Shown piece after piece: positions 49,034-56,352 of a stretch of DNA of 64,000 bases; position 1 is the first letter of the stretch; each line of letters starts with the position of its first letter. The DNA is taken from NCBI GenBank assembly GCA_963803435.1, contig CAWDML010000002.1:32001-96000 (forward strand), written 5' to 3'. The stretch comes from an uncultured delta proteobacterium (GTDB lineage: Bacteria; Myxococcota; Kuafuiibacteriia; Kuafuiibacteriales; Kuafuiibacteriaceae). The notes under the pieces were generated by a model. It was not told the DNA's origin and did not search any database. It saw nothing but the letters and a program-made list of their open reading frames with translations. Made by a program: the position numbers and the translations under genes.

Positions 49034-50806
49034 CTACTTCTTGAGCGCCTCGACGGCGAGATTGCGCACGGCCTCGTTTTCGTCCTCGGTCGCGGTCAAG
49101 AGCGCGCTCCCGAAGACCTTCCGGCCCAGCTTCGCCATGGCCTCGACAGCGTAGTAGCGGACCACCGTGTGCTCGGACCCTGCGTCGGTCTCGAGGCGCT
49201 TCACGACCCGCTCGCGATCCTTGGCGGTCCGTGCGTGCAGGTAGGTGGTCACGAGCTCGTCGTACACCTCCGCCTTCGGGATCTCGCCGTTCTGCGGCTC
49301 GAGCGCGCGCTGGATGACACCGCGGCTCGCCGCCGGGATCGTCGGGTTCAGCTCGTCGTCGTCCTCGTCGAAGTCGCCGAAGTCACCGAGTTGCGCGAGC
49401 TGGGCGACGACGTCGATCTCCTCGGTCCCCAGATCCTTGAGGCCGCTGGGCTTGTCGTGGGGCCGGCTCCGCGGCGCGGTCCGCGCGGTGGCTGCGACCG
49501 CTCCGATCGGCTTGGGACGGGGGCGGCCGCGGAGATCGCGCCGGCCGTGCACCTCTTCGACCACCTCGTTGTCCGGCGGCGGCGGCGGACGGCGCTGACT
49601 GATCTCCAGCTGGATGTCGTCGATCTGGGCGGCCGGCGAGAACCGCATCCCAGGCTTCGGCTTTCCGGGCTTCTGGCTGGGACGCGAGCGGTTACGGAAG
49701 AGCTCGACATTCGCGATCTCGCCCAGCTCCAGCGTGGGGAGGTCCTGGCGGATCTTCTCGCCGAGCACCATACCCTCGCGCTTGGCGTCGGAGAGCAGGT
49801 CGCGGATCCGGTGCGGAAGCGCCTGGGTGGCGGCGATCAGGCGGACCAGCGTGCCGCGCTCCTCGTCCGTGCGGTACAGCCCCTGGTAGACGGCTGCGCC
49901 CTCGCTCTCGACCTTGAGCTGCTGGCTGATCTCCTCGAACACCGAGATCGGCGTGTTGGCGAGGGCGCTCTCGGGCGCCTCGATGACCAGCCCCAGATAC
50001 GACATCTTCTTGAGGTCGAAGCCCGCCGGCATCAGCTCGCTGGCCTCGATGCTGTCGCGGACGGTCCCGACCACCTCCTCGACGGTGATCTCGGGGAGCT
50101 CGGTCACCGAGTAGTTGAGCACGCCGCCGGACAAGAGGAGCTTCCGGTAGTCCTCGCCGTCGAAGGAGCGGATCGCTCGGAGCTTGCCCCGGTCGTTGAG
50201 CCGGTTGAGCGCGTCGAGCGGGGACGCGATCTGACCGTTGATGTGGGCGTAGTAGTCGACGATCGAGACGTCGGGGTTGAGCTTGGAGATCCGGCCGTTG
50301 TCGACGAACACCCAGCCCATCAGGTCGGCGTTGACGATCTCGTTGATGGCGCGGACCGCGTTGACCTTGGCGATCCCGCTCTCGGTCTCGGTCGGGAGCG
50401 TCATCAGCGCCAGGATCGGCAGCTCCTGTCCTTCCACCACGCTGATCAGCTCGGCCACCGATGACCCGGTTCCGCCGCCCAGGCCGGCGGTGATCAGGAC
50501 CGCGTCGGCGTCCGAGCATTGCTTGAGGATGATCTGGCGGATCCGCTCGGCATTTTCGGCGATGCACTGGCGGCCGTAGTCGGGATCCGCGCCGGCGCCG
50601 TCGTAGCCGTCGAGGCCCACGTAATGGCGTCGCTCCGCCGGGAGCGTCGGGAACACGCCGCCGGGATCGAGCGCGGTGAGATCGGTCTGCGCCGTATTGA
50701 ACGCGACCGCGCGATAGCCGCGTCGATAGAACTCCGCTGCGAGGTTTCCGCCGGCCTGCCCGAGGCCGACGACCGCGATGTCGAGGGATCGCCCGTCCGG
50801 TTTCAT
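49034..50806 (-). CDS. divergent tubulin/FtsZ-family GTPase (TubZ/CetZ-like) with C-terminal HEAT-like domain
   Basis: VVGLGQAGGN, FNTAQTD, GAGADPDYG, signature AGLGGGTGS, VDN, T7-like SFDGED; C-terminal VRYYAVEAMAKLG...VRNLAVEALKK. Confidence 0.85.
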   Translation of the reverse strand: MKPDGRSLDIAVVGLGQAGGNLAAEFYRRGYRAVAFNTAQTDLTALDPGGVFPTLPAERRHYVGLDGYDGAGADPDYGRQCIAENAERIRQIILKQCSDADAVLITAGLGGGTGSSVAELISVVEGQELPILALMTLPTETESGIAKVNAVRAINEIVNADLMGWVFVDNGRISKLNPDVSIVDYYAHINGQIASPLDALNRLNDRGKLRAIRSFDGEDYRKLLLSGGVLNYSVTELPEITVEEVVGTVRDSIEASELMPAGFDLKKMSYLGLVIEAPESALANTPISVFEEISQQLKVESEGAAVYQGLYRTDEERGTLVRLIAATQALPHRIRDLLSDAKREGMVLGEKIRQDLPTLELGEIANVELFRNRSRPSQKPGKPKPGMRFSPAAQIDDIQLEISQRRPPPPPDNEVVEEVHGRRDLRGRPRPKPIGAVAATARTAPRSRPHDKPSGLKDLGTEEIDVVAQLAQLGDFGDFDEDDDELNPTIPAASRGVIQRALEPQNGEIPKAEVYDELVTTYLHARTAKDRERVVKRLETDAGSEHTVVRYYAVEAMAKLGRKVFGSALLTATEDENEAVRNLAVEALKK

Positions 50807-50904
50807 GCCGTTTGGTGGGAGGAATATAGAGCAGCTCCGAGAAAAAAGAGCTGTTTTCAAAGTCGGCTGGCCAGCGCACCCTGTGGGTCGAGAGAGCAGA
50901 GCGG

Positions 50905-51378
50905 ATGAGCGGAAAAAAACCCATTACCCCGAGGGGTTATGATCGGCTTCAGTCGGAGCTCCTGCGCTTGTGGCACGAGGACCGCCCGAGGATCGTCCAG
51001 GAGGTGTCGGATGCCGCCGCGCTCGGGGACCGCTCCGAGAACGCGGAGTACATCTACGGCAAGCGAAAGCTCCGCGAGATCGATCGGCGGATCGGATACC
51101 TCACGAAGCTGATCGAGCGGCTCGAGGTCGTCGAGCCCCGATCCAACACGTCGAACCGGGTGAAGTTCGGGGCCACCGTGGTGGTGGAGGAGGAGGACGG
51201 TCGCCGGCGAACGTATCAGATCGTCGGCGAGGACGAGGTCGACGCGAAAGAGGGACAGATCTCCATGCATTCGCCCATGGGCCGCGCCCTGCTGGGCCGA
51301 GCCGTCGGAGAGGACCTCACCGTGCACCGGCCCGCAGGCGAGCTGGAGCTGGTGGTCGTCGAGCTCCGCTACGACTAA
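50905..51378 (+). CDS. greB: transcription elongation factor GreB
   Basis: PITPRGY..L..EL..LW..DRP...AAALGDRSENAEYIYGKRKLREIDRRI; ISMHSPMGRAL. Confidence 0.95.
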   Translation: MSGKKPITPRGYDRLQSELLRLWHEDRPRIVQEVSDAAALGDRSENAEYIYGKRKLREIDRRIGYLTKLIERLEVVEPRSNTSNRVKFGATVVVEEEDGRRRTYQIVGEDEVDAKEGQISMHSPMGRALLGRAVGEDLTVHRPAGELELVVVELRYD

Positions 51379-51413
51379 TCAGGTAAACCTGAAAGCTCAC
51401 AGAGACGGCCCCA

Positions 51414-51441
51414 GTCGACAGTCAACGGTTGAGAGTTCACA
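51414..51441. repeat. degenerate heptamer tandem repeat
   Basis: GTCGACA GTCAACG GTTGAGA GTTCACA, 10 bp from the stop codon of the four-helix-bundle remnant. Confidence 0.5.
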
Positions 51442-51451
51442 GGGCGCGGAG

Positions 51452-51714
51452 CTATGCGCTCCGTTCGACCTTACCGCGGAGGCCGTTGAGCATGCGGCGA
51501 TCTCGTCGAGTTCAGCGCGAATCGGCTCCGCTGCCTTCGCGGTGACGAGCCCGAGGTCGCGACTGAGGATCAGCAGGTAGTCGACCTCGGCCGCCGAGCC
51601 CTCGGCGATGTTGAGGAAGCGAGAGTAGTCGTTGTTTCGTCGACGTTTCGAGCCCTCCGCGATGTTCGCCGGGATGGAGACCGCGGCGCGTCGGATTCTG
51701 GGAGACCAGGCCGG
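51452..51714 (-). pseudogene. four-helix-bundle (23S rRNA IVS/Avd-like) protein truncated by transposon
   Basis: GLVSQ(I)RRAAVSIPANIAEGSKR...YSRFLNIAEGSAAEVDYLLILSRDLG...MLNGL; two frameshifts; N-terminus replaced at 51715. Confidence 0.85.
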
Positions 51715-51772
51715 TGTCGTGACCCACGCTCTTCGAGAATCTCATCCCGACGAGGACACGCCGGGCGCGGTG

Positions 51773-52397
51773 CTAGGAGGTGTCAGCTGCCGCGCGCACG
51801 ACCACTGGTGCGGAGCGTGAGCACGTAGCGCGCTTGTCGACTCCGCGACGGTCGCGACGGCGGGCGAGAGCTCCAAGCGGAGGTTCGTGCTCGAGCTGGA
51901 GGTGGAGGTCGGGCGCGCCGTCGCGCCCCTCACGGAGTTTGTGGGAAGGCGAGGCTACGTGTTCCCATGTCGATCCCCCCAGCGGGGACCACGGGAACAG
52001 CGGAAGATTGCCGCCGGGAGCGATGCCGATGACGTCGTGGCGAGCGTCGGGGAGGCAGGCCAGGAGCGCGGCGGTGGTCTCGAGCGGTTCGTTCTGGATG
52101 CCGGTGGCGATGCGAAGGGCGAGGATGAGCTCGGCTCGGACGTACCAGCAGGGTGTGCCGAGATCGGTGGCGAGGGAGAGGATGGGGTCGGCGCGGCTAG
52201 CCGAGTTGCACACGCCCGTGGTGCCGACAATCTCGAGGTTGAGCGGGTAGGTGTCGAGCAGGGCGTCGCGACCACGCGCCACGCGGGACGCGTCCCCGCA
52301 CGACGACGTGGCCATCGGGCTCGACGAGCGCGAAGACAATTTCCGTCTTCGTGAGCCAGAGTCCAATCCTTCGTTTGTCCACGCCGATGACGCTCAT
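51773..52397 (-). CDS. hypothetical transposon protein with degenerate RNase-H/RuvC-like N-terminus (frameshift ~52280)
   Basis: RIGLWLTKTEIVFALVEPDGHVVVRGRVPR then ...RDALLDTYPLNLEIVGT; ATGA-coupled to the AAA_25 gene. Confidence 0.45.
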
Positions 52398-53344
52398 GTC
52401 CCCTCCTTGGTCCAGCCTGCTGACGTTTGCTTCACGAGCCCCTGCTTCTGGAGCTCCCGGAGTGCGGCGATCAGGAAGGCCTTGCGGACCTTCACCGCGT
52501 TTCGAATCGCGAGCGCCGACTGCGGCCGCCGGGCCATCTCGAGATGCTCGAGGATGGCTCGGTGGAGTGACTCGCTCGCTGCGGATGCATCGCCGGCATC
52601 GACGACGACGAGGTGAGGCGCAGGCTGGTCTTCAAGCCGAACGACGATCGGTGGCGGTGGTGCGGCGGTTCGGTGTTCGATCGTGAGGAGCCGATCCTCA
52701 CCGTGCCGGGTGATGTAGATGGCCGAATCTGACCAGGCCGAAAAATCCCCCGAGCCGCGGAGCTGCTGGCTGACATGCGAGGAGCGCGCCTTTCGCATGT
52801 GGTGCACGAGGAGGATGGCGACGTCGAAGGTGCGCTGGATCTCGCGGAGTGTACCGAGGACGGCGGAGACTTCGGCGGCGGAGTTCTCGTCGCTGTTCCG
52901 GACGAGGCGCACGAACGGGTCGAGGATCAACAAACGCGGTTTGAGCTTGGCGACGGTGGCGCGGAGCTTCTTCAGGTGATCAGGCTGGTCGAGGTAGAGG
53001 ACCGGGACATCGATGAGATGAACCGGTAGGTCGTCGAGGTCGCGGCCGCGTACCTTGGCGACCCCCTGGAAACGACCACGCATCTCGGGCAGCTCGTCCT
53101 CGGCGAAGAAGCCGAGCACAGCACCGTGGCGCTCGACCTCGAAGCGCCCGAGCGCCTTCTCTCCGGTGGCGACGGCGTAGGCGAGCTCGGTCGCGACGTA
53201 GGTCTTGAGCTGCTTGGCCTGGCCTCCGATGAGACCGACGCCGGCGGTCCAGATGGAGCGGACGAGCCAGCGCTTGGTTTCGTCTCTCTCGGTGACGTCT
53301 CGGACGTGTCGCACGGGAAGGGTCGGTTCAGATCGAGCGCGCAT
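52394..53344 (-). CDS. AAA_25 / RepA-like SF4 helicase-type ATPase with C-terminal winged helix
   Basis: WLVRSIW, GGQAKQLKT, AED, LLILDP, DEN, LVHHMRK, LRGSGDF. Confidence 0.85.
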   Translation of the reverse strand: MRARSEPTLPVRHVRDVTERDETKRWLVRSIWTAGVGLIGGQAKQLKTYVATELAYAVATGEKALGRFEVERHGAVLGFFAEDELPEMRGRFQGVAKVRGRDLDDLPVHLIDVPVLYLDQPDHLKKLRATVAKLKPRLLILDPFVRLVRNSDENSAAEVSAVLGTLREIQRTFDVAILLVHHMRKARSSHVSQQLRGSGDFSAWSDSAIYITRHGEDRLLTIEHRTAAPPPPIVVRLEDQPAPHLVVVDAGDASAASESLHRAILEHLEMARRPQSALAIRNAVKVRKAFLIAALRELQKQGLVKQTSAGWTKEGT

Positions 53345-54107
53345 CGAGCACCTCCCGGAGAATCTCCTCGGTGACGGAATCACCCGTGCGGTCGAGCGCG
53401 GCGCGGACCACCGCGTCGATGATGGCGGGCGAGGCCTGCGTCCGCTCGAAGAGCTCATCTTTGAGCTCGGACCCGAGTCGCCGCTCGTCCGCGCCGAAGC
53501 GGTGCCGGAGGAAGTCGTCGAGCTCGTCGCGACGAAGCCCAGCCAGCGAAGCGCGGACGCTGATCCGCCGCTTGAGCGCCGCGAGCCGCCGGTCCTCGAG
53601 CAGCGGGAGCAGATCCGGTGGTCCCGAGAAGATGACGCTGAAGACCTGGGCGGTGTCCGGGTCGAATTCGGCGAGGCTCGAGATCTCGGCCAGCGTGTCG
53701 ACGGAGAGCCGATGGGCCTCGTCGATCCATGCGATCACGTGGGCGGCCTGATCCCGGATGGCCTGGGTGATGAGCTGCGAGGTCTCGAGGGCAGAGCGCC
53801 GCGGCGTCACGTGGATGCTGTGGGCGAAGTGGCGGACCACGCCGATGGTCGAGACTCGGGTGGCCGAGACGTAGACCACGTTGTGTCGGTGGCGGTCGAG
53901 TCCGTTGCGAAGGTCGCGCATCAGCGAGGTCTTGCCGGTGCCGGTCGCGCCGGTGATCACGGCGTAGAAGAGCCCGCGTTTGATCTCCTTCTCGATGCTC
54001 CTCTTCGCCTCGACGTAGTCTCGGTAGGGGAAGGGCGCGCTCGAGGGCGCAGCCTCGGTCGCGACGGCGGACTTGATGGGAGGGGACTTCACAGCTTGTC
54101 GTTTCAT
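53328..54107 (-). CDS. ExeA-like AAA+ ATPase (transposition helper)
   Basis: ITGATGTGKT, WIDEAHRL, VIFSGPP.L, ALKRRI. Confidence 0.88.
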   Translation of the reverse strand: MKRQAVKSPPIKSAVATEAAPSSAPFPYRDYVEAKRSIEKEIKRGLFYAVITGATGTGKTSLMRDLRNGLDRHRHNVVYVSATRVSTIGVVRHFAHSIHVTPRRSALETSQLITQAIRDQAAHVIAWIDEAHRLSVDTLAEISSLAEFDPDTAQVFSVIFSGPPDLLPLLEDRRLAALKRRISVRASLAGLRRDELDDFLRHRFGADERRLGSELKDELFERTQASPAIIDAVVRAALDRTGDSVTEEILREVLDARSI

Positions 54108-54497
54108 CGGTTTCTCCTTCTTTCGGCCTCGACGCGCCGTTCGAACGCTTCGAGGTAGATCTCGAGTGGACGGCCTTCCTTGAGCTCCTTGTGGATTTCT
54201 TCGAGGGCTCGCTCTGTCGCCCGCTTCGGGAGCGGACCGAGCGCGCGCCATATGCGATCCGTTGGTCTTCCCGGGCAGCGCCTCGATCGGAAGCACCCGC
54301 TCCATCTTCCGGCACGGCCGGCAGCGGGCGAGACGAACCTCGACCTGGCGATACGACCCGTCGGCGAGGCTGAGACCACGCGAGCGCCTCAGGGACGTCA
54401 GCTCGAGGTCGCTGCTTCCACAGCGGGCGCACGCGCAACCGACGAGAAGCGCGTCGCCCAGATCTCGCGCCGACGCCTCGTGCGTGCTAAGGTCCAC
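54104..54497 (-). pseudogene. transposase remnant: DUF6431-like Zn-finger N-terminus fused out of frame to a C-terminal tail
   Basis: CARC...VEVRLARCRPCRKMERVLP..LPGK joined at ~54262 to a frame ending in an ATGA overlap with the ExeA gene; no DDE core left. Confidence 0.6.
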
Positions 54498-54808
54498 GCC
54501 GGGTAAGTGAACGAACGAACCCTCCGACGGCCCCGTTTTCCGCTCAAAGAAAGTGCGGGGCCGTCACCTTTCTAGCAGGCGCAGCCTGAGCCATCGAAAA
54601 AACTGGAAATCGGTCCTACGAGGGCGCTCGCGGCCTGGGAACAGCGCAGAGCTCTCCGTCAGGATGGGAGTCTCAAAGAGCGGGACTCACGACACATGGG
54701 ATCAAGTCCAGGCGTCGAAGTCGATCCGCCCAACGATCGATTCCAGACGAAACGACCTCCAAGAACTTCTGCTGGTCAAAGTGGACGAGCTACCGCAAGC
54801 TAGCTTGC

Positions 54809-55176
54809 ATGGTCACTTTCGATCACGAGAAGCTCGAGGTCTACCAGCTCGCCGTCGAGTATGCCGACATCGCTGAAGAGATCGCACAAGAACTGTAACC
54901 CGGTCACGCTCACGTCCGCGTTCAGCTTCGGCGGGCATCCGATTCCATCGTGAACAACACCGCCGAGGGCGCCGGAGAGTTCAATCCACCTGAGAAGGCT
55001 CGCTTCTACCGGATGGCACTTCGCTCTGGCACCGAAAGCGCCGCCTCACTCCACACCTGCTTGAGGCGCCGACTCGCCAACGAGCAGAAGCTCCAAGCCG
55101 CCAGAGCCAAGCTCAAGCGCGTGTCGAGATGCTCACGCGCCTCATCAAGTCGATGAACGCACGCCGGGCTGCATGA
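54809..55176 (+). pseudogene. four-helix-bundle (23S rRNA IVS/Avd-like) protein
   Basis: MVTFDHEKLEVYQLAVE...QLRRASDSIVNNTAEGAGE...EKARFYRMALRSGTESAA; in-frame TAA at 54896 and a 1-nt deletion at ~55122. Confidence 0.88.
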
Positions 55177-55250
55177 TCGCCATCGGGACCGGGACCGGGA
55201 CCGGGACCCGGACCGGGCTCGCGGTAGCGCTACGCGCTACACGCTCCTAG
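54997..55250. repeat. 254-bp inverted copy of 42729-42983 including the IS terminal repeat and CTAG
   Basis: Direct comparison shows only about 5 differences, including one indel; ends (GGGACC)n...ACACGCTCCTAG. Confidence 0.9.
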
Positions 55251-55645
55251 CCCTTCTTCCGGCGCTCGCCGCGATCGCGGAGGCCGGCGTGCTCGCGCGT
55301 GTGGGCGTCCATGAGCCCGCGCTGGATTTGCCGGCGATAGGTGTCCCTCTCGTCCGCGTCCGGCGTGTGGGCGCCGAGCTTCACCGGGCCGGTCCGTTTG
55401 GGGAGGGCTTTCGGCGCCGCCCCTCTTGGGGGTGCGCCGAGCACCTTGCGCATGAAGCGTTCGAACCGGGGAAAGCGCTCGAAGAAGCTCTTGTCCAGGA
55501 GGGCGAGGATCTTCTTCTTCGCGTCGTCGAGGACCTCCTGGATCCAGGCCCGGTTCCGCCCGCCTCCGAACTCGGACTCGTCGTCGCCCACGCCGACGCC
55601 TGCATCGACAGCGCCGGTGGCGGCCCGGATCCGACGCGCGACCAT
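55247..55645 (-). CDS. hypothetical basic protein
   Basis: 132-aa ORF with GC3 bias; its TAG stop lies within the CTAG of the IS end. Confidence 0.55.
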   Translation of the reverse strand: MVARRIRAATGAVDAGVGVGDDESEFGGGRNRAWIQEVLDDAKKKILALLDKSFFERFPRFERFMRKVLGAPPRGAAPKALPKRTGPVKLGAHTPDADERDTYRRQIQRGLMDAHTREHAGLRDRGERRKKG

Positions 55646-55785
55646 CGTTCCAATGCGCTTGGCTGCGGAGGTGCTCTGCAGCACCGCATTGCTCAGCCAG
55701 ACTCGGAGCGCCCCGACCCGCACGCACCTCGATGATGTCAGACGGTGGAGGTTTGGGCCATCCGCGGGTTGTGGAACCGACCGCG

Positions 55786-56352
55786 ATGGCGCAGCATCGG
55801 GGCATGGGCAGCACGCTGTCCGCCCACGTGGCTCTCGAGTCGGGGGATGACTTTACGGCGAGGATCGCGAACCTCACCGCCATCAGCATCTTTCTTCGCA
55901 CCCAGCGGCAGGCGCGTTTCCGCGAGAAGGTCACCGTGACATTCATGTCTCTGTCGGTGGAGGGCGAGGTGGTCCACGCCTGCACCGATCCGCCCGGGCT
56001 CCTGGTCGTGTTCACCGCGTCCCCCGAGACGCAACACGCGATCGTGGAGCGGATGAACGCGGTGAGCTGCATGTGGCCGGATCCGTCGCGTCCGTTCGAC
56101 CGGCAGCCGACGCTCGAGAATCTAATCCCGCCTTCGATCACCGAGCGCAGCGAGTTCGAGGAGCCCACCAACACCGGCTCTCCGCCCATCCAGGTACCGG
56201 ACGAGATGGAGACGGCGGACGTGTTGAGCACGCCCGCCGGGATACCGGTGATCCGAGACGCACCTCGCCTGCGTGCGACGACGGTCGTCGGCGAGCACCC
56301 GACCGACGAGGTCGTGTTCGACGAGCCGACCGACGACGGTTATCTGGATTGA
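55786..56352 (+). CDS. degenerate PilZ-like domain protein with acidic tail
   Basis: IANLTAISIFL...V.V.F...VEGEVVH......GLLVVF beta-barrel pattern; lacks the RxxxR motif. Confidence 0.6.
   Translation: MAQHRGMGSTLSAHVALESGDDFTARIANLTAISIFLRTQRQARFREKVTVTFMSLSVEGEVVHACTDPPGLLVVFTASPETQHAIVERMNAVSCMWPDPSRPFDRQPTLENLIPPSITERSEFEEPTNTGSPPIQVPDEMETADVLSTPAGIPVIRDAPRLRATTVVGEHPTDEVVFDEPTDDGYLD

Larger units (their letters stand above)
51715..54694 (-). mobile_element. non-autonomous TGT...ACA transposon (DUF6431/DDE + ExeA-type) with 38-bp imperfect TIRs
   Basis: Left TGTCGTGACCCACGCTCTTCGAGAATCTCATCCCGACG vs reverse complement of right TGTCGTGAGTCCCGCTCTTTGAGACTCCCATCCTGACG (31/38 identical); four co-oriented overlapping ORFs; no TSD visible. 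Confidence 0.8.

Noticed and set aside
53328-53370. Possible ExeA-helicase fusion if GAGAATCTC at ~53359 were another base-calling insertion
   Set aside because: The current frame gives a natural ExeA ending (TEEILREVLDARSI) and an overlapping ATG for the next gene.
54809-55176. Diversity-generating retroelement suggested by Avd-like genes and a repeated segment
   Set aside because: No reverse transcriptase in the window, and the repeat pair differs at few sites without a convincing adenine-specific pattern.
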